A DNA stretch of 64,000 bases from a virus (taxonomy: Duplodnaviria; Heunggongvirae; Uroviricota; Caudoviricetes), in the IMG/VR virus record IMGVR_UViG_3300032213_000610, positions 1 through 64,000 of that record; one strand, given 5' to 3'. The notes below the pieces were generated by a model that was given only the letters and a program-made list of their open reading frames with translations, did not search any database and was not told where the DNA came from. Positions 9,562 through 17,876 of the stretch are shown one piece after another (position 1 is the first letter of the stretch; each line of letters begins with the position of its first letter). The position numbers and the translations under genes are program-made.

Positions 9562-9867
9562 CTAGAAATAAAGTCTAACGTGATCTTGGAACACCTCTGT
9601 TTTCTTTGGTGTGAAGTTCAATACAAAATCCTTTGTTGTCTTAACAGCTGGTTTTGCTGGTTGTGCAACAATTGGAGCTGTTGTTGTAGCAACAGGTTTG
9701 TACATCTTACGGAACTTTCTCACCTGGATGTAAACACCAATCTCTGAGCGTTTTAATTGTTTAGAAACTCTTCTAGCTATTCTTTTAGCTGTTCCTTTTG
9801 ATTGAGAAGCTGTTTCAATCAAGTCTAATTCTGCCTGTGTGTAGTTTTTACAGTTTACAGTTTTCAT
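9562..9867 (-). CDS. basic, possibly DNA-binding protein (101 aa)
   Basis: K/R-rich (AKRIARRVSKQLKRSEIGVYIQVRKFRK). An HTH-like role is speculative. Confidence 0.4.
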   Translation of the reverse strand: MKTVNCKNYTQAELDLIETASQSKGTAKRIARRVSKQLKRSEIGVYIQVRKFRKMYKPVATTTAPIVAQPAKPAVKTTKDFVLNFTPKKTEVFQDHVRLYF

Positions 9868-9894
9868 TTGTTTGTTTTTTATAATGAGTAAATA

Positions 9895-9939
9895 ATTGAC
9901 AATAAATAAAAAGAGCCCTCAAACTTAATTGAGAGCTCT
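9895..9939 (-). terminator. minus-strand intrinsic terminator after small gene 9958..10131
   Basis: Stem AGAGCcCTCAA / TTGAGaGCTCT with a 6-nt loop. Minus-strand downstream TTTTTATTTATT. Confidence 0.45.
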
Positions 9940-9957
9940 CTTATCCACCACATAACA

Positions 9958-10131
9958 CTAACCAAGATGGACCGCAGAGCGATCCCAAAGCATTCCAACA
10001 TTGTATTCCTGACACCATTCTTCAAATTGTGGTCTGGTGTCTGGTTCTACTGTTTTAAATTTGATTTCAATCTTTGGTGGCTGTTCTTGGTTTTTAACCA
10101 CCTCTGATAATAAGTTTAGTAATTCTTGCAT
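9958..10131 (-). CDS. small hypothetical protein (57 aa; not in ORF track, below its size cutoff)
   Basis: Manually translated: MQELLNLLSEVVKNQEQPPKIEIKFKTVEPDTRPQFEEWCQEYNVGMLWDRSAVHLG. Fills an otherwise empty gap and is followed by a terminator hairpin. Confidence 0.3.
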   Translation of the reverse strand: MQELLNLLSEVVKNQEQPPKIEIKFKTVEPDTRPQFEEWCQEYNVGMLWDRSAVHLG

Positions 10132-10155
10132 GTTCGTGTGTGTTGGTTAATAATA

Positions 10156-10716
10156 TTATTCTGTATTATGGTCCTCAGGATCCCATACATCATCATCTCC
10201 ATCATCTAAATAGTCTTCATCATCATCCTCATCCCATTCATCCTCATCAATCCACTCATCACTGTCCACTGTATGTACATCTCTGAGTGTCACCTTATCA
10301 TTGTATAATATTGGAATTGGTGTACCATCTTCTTCATCCTCCTCATCATCCATAATCTCCATTTGTACCATTGAATTATCCCACTCCAATATATTATTAA
10401 TGTCTTTCACTGTTATATCCCTTAGATCATCTACATGTTCACCTTCATCCCACCAACCTATCTGTTCAGGAGTAGCGGCTACTACCTCTGTATCATCAGG
10501 ATTAATCATTGGATATACAAGATATGGCTTAACAGGATAGCCATATTGTACGAGATATGAATCCATATCCCTAGGAACTAATGCTAGTTCAGATACATAG
10601 AGATATTCTTGTTTATTCCCATATATCACTTCTGTTTTAACTCTTACAAACCACATACCCTTTTCTAATTTCTCAGGGATGTAGGATTTAAGTACGAGTT
10701 TACAATCTATAAACAT
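10156..10716 (-). CDS. highly acidic early protein (186 aa; candidate DNA-mimic)
   Basis: C-terminal third is almost entirely D/E (…DEEDEEDGTP…DEDEWDEDDDEDYLDDGDDDVWDPED). Confidence 0.5.
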   Translation of the reverse strand: MFIDCKLVLKSYIPEKLEKGMWFVRVKTEVIYGNKQEYLYVSELALVPRDMDSYLVQYGYPVKPYLVYPMINPDDTEVVAATPEQIGWWDEGEHVDDLRDITVKDINNILEWDNSMVQMEIMDDEEDEEDGTPIPILYNDKVTLRDVHTVDSDEWIDEDEWDEDDDEDYLDDGDDDVWDPEDHNTE

Positions 10717-10902
10717 AATATAATAGTTTAATATGAAAGAAAGCCTAGGTTTAATAGCCTAGACTTTCTAAATGTTTTATATCAGCTCTAATAAAGACTT
10801 GTTGTCCTTTAATAAGCTCAATTACATAGTCAAATGTAACCACTTGCTTGAATAAATAGAATTCTCTTGGTGTTAATTGAATTAGTTTCATGTGTATGTG
10901 TT

Positions 10903-11217
10903 TTATCGTCTGTAATATAATGATTTAACTGATTGTTGTTTGTAGAAGAAGTTTGGATCATTTGTAGGACACGAATGCTTACTAGAAGCACATGAGCCCA
11001 ATGATAGCATTACAGCTACAAATATAAATGTTTTAGTTCTCTTCCAAAAATCTATTTCTTTTCTAAGGTCCTTAATAATAAGGAACAATAGACATACAAT
11101 AGCTGCAAGGATAAAAATAACACCTAACATTACGTGTGACATTGTTGGTGCTGTAAGTAATAGATAACTACCTGATGTTGATGTGGTTAAAAAGATTAAT
11201 GCGAATAAAAATTTCAT
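10903..11217 (-). CDS. membrane protein (104 aa)
   Basis: Signal/TM segments (MKFLFALIFLTTSTSG…, GVIFILAAIVCLLFLII). Confidence 0.4.
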   Translation of the reverse strand: MKFLFALIFLTTSTSGSYLLLTAPTMSHVMLGVIFILAAIVCLLFLIIKDLRKEIDFWKRTKTFIFVAVMLSLGSCASSKHSCPTNDPNFFYKQQSVKSLYYRR

Positions 11218-11249
11218 GTGATTGTGTTTAAGTGTTTGATAATGTGTGT

Positions 11250-11309
11250 GTTATGAAAAAACATATCCTTTACCTTTTGTCCGTAGAAGGCTAATCCAAA
11301 AGGATATGT
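11250..11309 (-). terminator. minus-strand intrinsic terminator after gene 11315..11857
   Basis: Perfect 11-bp inverted repeat ACATATCCTTT … AAAGGATATGT. On the minus strand a TTTTTT run follows immediately. Confidence 0.55.
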
Positions 11310-11314
11310 GTTTG

Positions 11315-11857
11315 TTATATTACAACTGCATCTGATGTATCAATTCTCCTGAATAGATTATGAACGTTATTACCACTATAAATACTTCTTACATAAATGT
11401 ATTTGTATTCATCAGTGTTTAATTCAGCAACAGCTGAAAATGCATCTTCCCAATCATAACGACCATATCTTAATGCAACACAGTTCAAATCAGTATAATC
11501 TGTAATATGTCCATCAGCGTTAGAAGGAAACACCATTGTCTCTTCCATCATCTCGCTTGTAGAAGCAATAACATACTCTGTACTGATTTCAGGCTCATTA
11601 TAATCCTGTTCATCATACTCCTGATTTATCTTATCATTATAATCATCCCAAGGATAATCTGTATCAGGAGATAAGAATGAAGCATTATAGTCTTTCCATT
11701 CCCAACAATCATTCTCCATATAAGGAGTTTTAATTGTATTAGAATAAAGACTAACAACAATGATGTCTTCACCATTGGTTAATTGTTCATTGAGACTGGG
11801 CCAATCTCCAAAATGTGTTGTTGTTTGGTTGGTTGTTCTGTTGATAATGTAATACAT
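11315..11857 (-). CDS. acidic hypothetical protein (180 aa)
   Basis: ORF. First gene of the minus-strand block next to the divergent control region. A strong terminator lies downstream. Confidence 0.5.
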   Translation of the reverse strand: MYYIINRTTNQTTTHFGDWPSLNEQLTNGEDIIVVSLYSNTIKTPYMENDCWEWKDYNASFLSPDTDYPWDDYNDKINQEYDEQDYNEPEISTEYVIASTSEMMEETMVFPSNADGHITDYTDLNCVALRYGRYDWEDAFSAVAELNTDEYKYIYVRSIYSGNNVHNLFRRIDTSDAVVI

Positions 11858-12487
11858 ATGTTTGTTTTTTAGTGTATGTGTGTGTAAAAAGCGAATATAT
11901 AGCCTAATGTTGCCTCAGCTATATATTCTATTAGGTTCCATGTGCAACAAATCCCTCTGTACTCAGATGTAATGTATTCTACGGTTGTTTCAACCTGGTC
12001 AAAATGACGTTAGTTTTAATACGTACATTACATCTGTCAGCCCTGGGGAAGCTGAAATGGTACATTAATACGTTCTGTTAACCCACAGTCCGTCAAACAA
12101 GGGATTTCTAACAACCGCTAGAAACAAATGAGCCATATTACAGGCTCTTATGAAAAATACTCACAATCATCTAACTTATATGTAGAAGATAATTTTAAAT
12201 ACATACTATATGCTTCTTTATCTGTAAGAGAAACATCTACTAATGTAAGTACTTGTTGTCCTTGTCTAAATCCTACGAATGTAAATAGTTCTTTCATGTT
12301 ATTTGTATTTAATGCTATATGTATTGTATTATGTTTTACATACAACGGTTTGTAAAAATGTGCTATTTATCTGTCTATGGTCACACAGCTTCTCACATAT
12401 ATTCATAGAATATATTGAGAATCAATGAGTTAAAAGGATTTTATTCCCCACCCAAAGCATTGTTAATGCCCACCCTTATATATGAAT

Positions 12488-12520
12488 AAGAAAGAGAGCC
12501 CAATTAAGAGCTCTCTTTCA
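12488..12520 (-). terminator. minus-strand hairpin terminator after gene 12527..13069
   Basis: 9-bp stem AAAGAGAGC / GCTCTCTTT with a 10-nt loop. T-rich tract downstream on the minus strand. Its GAGCTCTCTT arm resembles the 9931-9942 hairpin. Confidence 0.4.
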
Positions 12521-12526
12521 TTATCA

Positions 12527-13069
12527 TTAAGCAGTGATTGCATCCATAATGCTATCAGTAACAGGAGCAGCATCTACTTCCTTGTAGATTTTATTCAATG
12601 TAGCTTCTGTTTGAGCCATAAAGACTTCTTGGTCAATGTTAGTGCAGCTTAACAATTGTAATGCAGCAACCTTTGCATCATTACCTTCGCTATCTTTGCC
12701 ATCACGTAAACCTTGGTCAAACTTAACGCTGTACAATCTACCCGCATCTTTCCAATTAACAAATTCATCATCAGTACCAACAGTAAACACAGTGCCATCG
12801 TATTGATAAACATTGTAAGTCTTACCGTAGAACTTGTGGTCTTTGTCTACATTGTAAGGATTTTTTGTGCTAATAGTTTTGATGCCCAAAACTTGTCTGC
12901 CTTTGATTTCAAGAGGATTAGTACCCATAGTGTTTGTTGCAGTGTTTATAGTGTCGCACGCACTTTTGATTATGAATTGCAATGACTGGGGACTGCCCCC
13001 AACCACTGCAAGATGTGGAGGGGTTTCAAATAGAAGTACCCTCCCCTCCCATACATATGAGACCCCCAT
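12527..13069 (-). CDS. hypothetical protein (180 aa)
   Basis: Isolated minus-strand ORF inside the control region with its own downstream hairpin terminator. Confidence 0.45.
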   Translation of the reverse strand: MGVSYVWEGRVLLFETPPHLAVVGGSPQSLQFIIKSACDTINTATNTMGTNPLEIKGRQVLGIKTISTKNPYNVDKDHKFYGKTYNVYQYDGTVFTVGTDDEFVNWKDAGRLYSVKFDQGLRDGKDSEGNDAKVAALQLLSCTNIDQEVFMAQTEATLNKIYKEVDAAPVTDSIMDAITA

Positions 13070-13652
13070 AGGTTTAGAAAAATTTTTTTGTCTGGTAGAA
13101 ATGACGTATCTTTGTATTAAATAAAAATGTAATATATGTATGGCATGATGCTACAGCTCAATCCCACAATACCCGTTTGGTGTAAAGCACATGGGGAAGG
13201 GGAAGCTATGTTCATTATGGACTATGGGCTAAACGTGAATACGGTGTGGCTGGTTAGATTACCTGGAGGGGTTATTAAACATTTCTACTCTGATGATATT
13301 AGGGTGTATGACAATCCCATGAATGGTAAGGGGGATGATGTGGAGTTTATTTAGACACTTCTGGGTTTGGCTGTGTTTTACTTCCTAGATTGTCAAGTTA
13401 TAGCTTGACACTTATTTACATTTTGTAAAGGTATAGCTTTACATAATATGTATTATAAGGGACATGCTCAGCTTGACAATGTTGCTTTTATAACACATTA
13501 TGATATGTTATGGCATATAGTGATGGATATTTCCAACAGATTATATGTATTATAATATAATGCTGTACCAGAATTATAACATCCTGCTATAGAAGTTATC
13601 CACAATTTGAAAATAAATTTGTTAATATGAATTCCCTCCCCTTACCTTTGGG

Positions 13653-13922
13653 GTGGAGGGTGGGTTAAAAACAAACAACATGATATATATAATAGCAACA
13701 CTACTGATTGTCACTTCCTTAGTACATGGTTTCTCCAGGTATAACGAAATAGATTTTGCATTGGAGATTAACCTGTTTAGAAGTCCTTATTTCCTTATAG
13801 GCTTATCGTATACAGAATTCACATTAGATGATGGTAATGTAGAGAGAGAATTACGTATAGGTTTCTTTTTCGTAAACATTAGTGTTCTGTTCTGGATAGA
13901 TAACCAAGGAAATGATGCATAA
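13653..13922 (+). CDS. hypothetical small protein (89 aa), uncertain
   Basis: ORF in the control region with an N-terminal hydrophobic segment. Weak support. Confidence 0.25.
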   Translation: MEGGLKTNNMIYIIATLLIVTSLVHGFSRYNEIDFALEINLFRSPYFLIGLSYTEFTLDDGNVERELRIGFFFVNISVLFWIDNQGNDA

Positions 13923-14001
13923 TATAGCATTAGGTGTTATAAATAACTAATTAAGTTATTTGTAGATGATTGTAAATCAATTACCTTTGCCCTAATTAAA
14001 T

Positions 14002-14364
14002 ATGGAACAACCAACAACCAAGAAGACAATAGTTCAGAAGCTTAGAAAACCTGTAGAAGATCAATTTGCTACAGCTGAGAAGTATTATTCCCTATTGTCA
14101 GCATTGAATGGGTTGAAGCTTACACAGAGGGAGATACAGCTCGTGGCATTTACAGCCATAAAGGGGAACATTAGTTATGCTAATATAAGAACAGAGTTCT
14201 GTGAGAAATACGACAGTACAGCTCCTACAATAAACAACATTATTAGTAAGCTTAAAAAGCTAGGTGTGTTTGTAAAGGATGGGACAAAGGTGAAGGTTAA
14301 TCCTCTCATCATCCTTAACTTCGAGAACGATATAGTTTTACAAATAACCCTTAGCCATGGATAA
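14002..14364 (+). CDS. putative winged-helix DNA-binding regulator (120 aa)
   Basis: First gene of the plus-strand block. Segment LTQREIQLVAFTAIKGNISYANI…ISKLKKLGVFVKDGTKV resembles a wHTH. Inference only. Confidence 0.4.
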   Translation: MEQPTTKKTIVQKLRKPVEDQFATAEKYYSLLSALNGLKLTQREIQLVAFTAIKGNISYANIRTEFCEKYDSTAPTINNIISKLKKLGVFVKDGTKVKVNPLIILNFENDIVLQITLSHG

Positions 14365-14707
14365 GCCAATAAGCATGTCCGTCAAGGACTATTTGATTAG
14401 GACGCTAGCTGTTAAGATGCTCACAAGTGAGAAGACAATTGAGGCTGTTGTCAACCATCAGTTCCAATCAGCTAACGAGGCTCTTGAAACAAACCACAGT
14501 GTAGAGATATCTGGATTTGGTAAGTTCATGTTTAACAACAAAAAGGCCATTAAGAAGCTAGAAGCCTTACATGCTAAGGTGGGAGCCATGGAAAAAATAC
14601 TGGCTGATGACACAATTACAGAGCAGAGAAGAAATGCTGCTACAGTGACTCTAGCCAACACACACATAACAATCAATCAACTAAAACCAAAGCTCAGATA
14701 TGATTGA
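14357..14707 (+). CDS. HU/IHF-family DNA-binding protein
   Basis: Signature beta-arm motif VEISGFGKFMFNNKKA (cf. HU ...GFGxF...). About 116 aa, typical of Bacteroidota HU-like proteins. Confidence 0.6.
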   Translation: MDKPISMSVKDYLIRTLAVKMLTSEKTIEAVVNHQFQSANEALETNHSVEISGFGKFMFNNKKAIKKLEALHAKVGAMEKILADDTITEQRRNAATVTLANTHITINQLKPKLRYD

Positions 14708-14993
14708 TCTATCAAAGGTTTATGAAGGATGGAGAAACAAGCTGTTTCCTCCAGCTAAAATGAAAGCTTTAATCGCTAATGTTAGTGAGGAAAGAATGGC
14801 CATTTGTAATGCCTGTGAGAACATATCTACAAAGCATAAGTCTATTAGACCAGATGTACATTGTATAGATTGTGGATGTACACTATCAGCTAAAACAAGT
14901 TGTCTGTCATGTGCTTGCCCTATTGGTAAGTGGAAAGAGATGATGACAGATGACGAATATGATGAAATAAAACAAGCTATCGATGGAAAATAA
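14700..14993 (+). CDS. Cys-rich (zinc-binding?) protein (97 aa)
   Basis: CNACE…CIDCGC…CLSCAC clusters. Confidence 0.4.
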   Translation: MIDLSKVYEGWRNKLFPPAKMKALIANVSEERMAICNACENISTKHKSIRPDVHCIDCGCTLSAKTSCLSCACPIGKWKEMMTDDEYDEIKQAIDGK

Positions 14994-15231
14994 TCATGAT
15001 GTCATATTAAGAAAGATTCCTTTATCAGTCTTATTGGACCACTTAACAGAAATATACAATTCTGGTGTGGATTACATTGATATTCTTGGTGTTAATGGTG
15101 TAGAACAGGATAAGATAGGTATTGCCTTTAACACATCATATATGTCTCCTGAGGAAGATACAAATCTAGACCCAGACGAGTCACAAATAAATATAAAATT
15201 GTCCGACGAGGACTTAAACCAATTATTATAA
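14983..15231 (+). CDS. hypothetical protein (82 aa)
   Basis: ORF in the operon, acidic. Confidence 0.35.
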   Translation: MENNHDVILRKIPLSVLLDHLTEIYNSGVDYIDILGVNGVEQDKIGIAFNTSYMSPEEDTNLDPDESQINIKLSDEDLNQLL

Positions 15232-15236
15232 ATACA

Positions 15237-15527
15237 GTGAGTAAGAAGAATTATTACAACAGTGTAATTCATACGCTTCAAGAACTACATAAGGGATTCC
15301 CAGAGTATAATATGGGAAGACACATAGCTACAGCTCTTGATGAATATGGAGATATATGGGGAATGACAGATAAGGAATTAGCCTTTGCCATGGACAAGTA
15401 TAAAACAAAGCTTGAAATGGATGTCCCTCATACAGATGAGTCTGAGCTTGATAAGATTATTAAGGAAGGAATGGATCTGGACAATATTTTAAAAGAAGAA
15501 GACGAAGATTATGGCGACAACTATTAA
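15237..15527 (+). CDS. hypothetical protein (96 aa)
   Basis: ORF in the operon. Confidence 0.35.
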   Translation: MSKKNYYNSVIHTLQELHKGFPEYNMGRHIATALDEYGDIWGMTDKELAFAMDKYKTKLEMDVPHTDESELDKIIKEGMDLDNILKEEDEDYGDNY

Positions 15528-15846
15528 AAAAACTACATTTATAAATACAGAGCTTGAGTGGGCTGAAGCACAACTTACATCTTGGAAACAATATGTAGAT
15601 GCAAACCCTCTTCATGAACTAAAAGATAGGATTGAGTGGAAACCTACAGCTAAGGGAGGCATGTTACCAATGGTGATAGCTTCTATTGAGGCACAAGGTA
15701 AGTTTGTACAAGAGACAATGAAGAACTACCTAGCTCTTATTGAGGTGGTAGACAAGCTAAGAAGTGTTGAAGAGGCTAAGGTGGAAGTGAGAGGTAAAGG
15801 GGAATTATCTGGTGCTGCAGAAGAGTTCCTTAAGAACAGAAGATAA
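15511..15846 (+). CDS. hypothetical protein; possible small terminase subunit by position only
   Basis: 111-aa ORF translationally coupled (ATAATG overlap) to the large terminase gene. Confidence 0.25.
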   Translation: MATTIKKTTFINTELEWAEAQLTSWKQYVDANPLHELKDRIEWKPTAKGGMLPMVIASIEAQGKFVQETMKNYLALIEVVDKLRSVEEAKVEVRGKGELSGAAEEFLKNRR

Positions 15847-17876
15847 TGAGTAGTGTACACATACAGAGTATAGATTACAAAGACTGGTTTATCAATCAGA
15901 AGCGTCTGCCAGACAGAGCATCTGATGAATATAAACCGTTTTATGATTTTCATAAAGACCTATGTTTAAATGGCTGTATGATGGGGGGTGTATATATCAA
16001 CCCCTTTTTATATTGGCACCTAAACATCTGGCATACAGAGGTGGATGTTATTGATGAGTATGGAAGGATTGCACAGAAATATGCTAATCCTTTATTACGT
16101 GATAACGAGTGGCTGGTAACAAACGAAATTGACAGAGCCCAAAAAGAAAGAAAGGGTTTAGTTATTCTAGGTATTAGACGTTTTGCTAAGTCCGTTATTG
16201 AGGCATCTTATATTGCATGGGGTGCAACATTTGATGAAAACTCACAAAACATTATTGCTGGTTTGAATGCTCCAGATATTAAGCTTATCACAGATAAGAT
16301 TGATAAGGGGCTTAACTTCATTCCAGAATATTGGAGATGGCAGAGAATTGAGGATAACTGGAAAAACCAAGTGACCCTTGGTATCAAGACTAAGTCTGGA
16401 GAACGTATCCCCTTTTCTTCCATCTTAATTCGTAACCTTGATGAAGGTAATAATGAGGAAGCTATTGCAGGTACAAAACCACGTAAATTAATTATAGATG
16501 AGATTGGTAAAGGGAATTTTCTTAGAGGTTTACAGGCAGCTATTCCTGGCTTCACTACACCCTATGGCTGGGGATGTTCTCCTATTCTTACTGGGACGGG
16601 TGGTGATATGAAGAAATTTATGGATGCAAAGAGCTTAATGTTCGATGTAGACAACTTCAATTTCCTTACATATAATAATGAGAAAGACACAGCTCGCATA
16701 CATGGACTCTTTATATCTAATAAATATAGAATGGAGGCCAAAGATAAAAGCTCTCTTGGAGCTTTCCTAAATGAACCTTACACATCTGATTTACATAAGA
16801 TTGAGATGCTTGTAAGTGACCAAGAGAAAGCTGACCAAATCACTGTGCAAAACTTAGAAAGACTTAAGAAAGCTGGTGATAGAGTTGCCTATCTAAAAGA
16901 AAAGATGTACTACCCACAGGAAGTGGATGACATATTCCTCAATGAAGATACAAACATCTTTGATATTGAGGCTGCTAAAAGACAGAAGAGTAAGCTATTA
17001 CAACAAGAAAGAACAGGTACACCTATTATATTATTCAATGATGGAGAGAAGATAAGTCACGAGTTTACAGATACACTTCCTATATCTAACTTCCCCCTTA
17101 AGAATAGTGATCAAAAGAATGCTCCTGTTGTTATATATGAATTCCCTATTGATAATCCTCCTTATGGATTATATGTAGCAGGAGTCGATCCTTATAGACA
17201 AGGACAATCTGCATATTCAAGCTCATTAGGATCTGTGTATGTTTATAAAAGAATGCATGACCTAACAGGTGAGAAATATCAAGATATGTTCGTAGCTTCG
17301 TATTGTGCTAGACCTGAAAAGAAGGAAACTTGGGAAGAACAAGCTAGACTTCTTATCAAGTATTACAATGCTAGAACGCTTTGTGAGAATGATGATATAT
17401 CATTTATAGAATATATGAAAGCTAAAGGAGATGCTCACTATTTAGAAAAGCAACCTCAATGGCTTATGGAGATTGTTCCAAATACAACAGTGAGACGTGA
17501 ATATGGAATACATCGTTCAAGTCAGAAGATAATTGATTATCTTCACAACTGTTTAAAGAAGTATTTGGAAGGAACGATATACAAAGAGACAAATGAAGCT
17601 GGTGAAGTTGTAAGAGAAGTGTTGGGTGTGAGTAAGATATTTGATCCTGTATTGCTTGAAGAAGTTATTCAGTACAATGACCAGGGAAACTTTGACCGTA
17701 TCATTGCTGCAGAACTAGCTATCGCTCAAGCACTTAAGATGGATCCTATATTTGGAAAGATTGGTGGATCTAGTGATGATAGAGTGAAAGCAATGCATTC
17801 AGGATCACCAAAGAACCCTTTATTTTCTACATCAAGAGGAATATTTAATAAAAGAAAACGTAAACTTTTTACATAA
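15846..17876 (+). CDS. terL: terminase large subunit
   Basis: 676 aa. ATPase Walker A-like LVILGIRRFAKS. Later D/E-rich nuclease-type segments. Immediately precedes and is coupled to the portal gene (TAATG overlap). Confidence 0.7.
   Translation: MSSVHIQSIDYKDWFINQKRLPDRASDEYKPFYDFHKDLCLNGCMMGGVYINPFLYWHLNIWHTEVDVIDEYGRIAQKYANPLLRDNEWLVTNEIDRAQKERKGLVILGIRRFAKSVIEASYIAWGATFDENSQNIIAGLNAPDIKLITDKIDKGLNFIPEYWRWQRIEDNWKNQVTLGIKTKSGERIPFSSILIRNLDEGNNEEAIAGTKPRKLIIDEIGKGNFLRGLQAAIPGFTTPYGWGCSPILTGTGGDMKKFMDAKSLMFDVDNFNFLTYNNEKDTARIHGLFISNKYRMEAKDKSSLGAFLNEPYTSDLHKIEMLVSDQEKADQITVQNLERLKKAGDRVAYLKEKMYYPQEVDDIFLNEDTNIFDIEAAKRQKSKLLQQERTGTPIILFNDGEKISHEFTDTLPISNFPLKNSDQKNAPVVIYEFPIDNPPYGLYVAGVDPYRQGQSAYSSSLGSVYVYKRMHDLTGEKYQDMFVASYCARPEKKETWEEQARLLIKYYNARTLCENDDISFIEYMKAKGDAHYLEKQPQWLMEIVPNTTVRREYGIHRSSQKIIDYLHNCLKKYLEGTIYKETNEAGEVVREVLGVSKIFDPVLLEEVIQYNDQGNFDRIIAAELAIAQALKMDPIFGKIGGSSDDRVKAMHSGSPKNPLFSTSRGIFNKRKRKLFT

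Larger units (their letters stand above)
11858..14001. promoter_or_regulatory. divergent control region between the minus-strand (replication/early) and plus-strand (late) blocks
   Basis: About 2.1 kb with only one convincing ORF. Contains perfect 10-bp palindrome 11893-11926, iteron-like repeats 12017-12074, palindrome TTGTCAAG-N6-CTTGACA 13390-13410 with a third half-site at 13472-13479, direct repeats TATGTATTATAA at about 13447 and 13545, and a TAAATTTG (TAnnTTTG-like) element at about 13607. Confidence 0.5.

Noticed and set aside
11940-12130. GC-richer ORF-free segment considered as a possible tRNA/ncRNA
   Set aside because: No T-loop (GTTCRANYC), anticodon-arm or cloverleaf-compatible spacing could be found by eye. 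The local hairpins are better explained as iteron/operator repeats.
13136-13354. 72-aa plus-strand ORF in the control region
   Set aside because: Atypical, GC-richer composition and no start context like other genes. It overlaps the region of GGAGGG/CCCTCC hairpins. Support is weak, so it is left uncalled.
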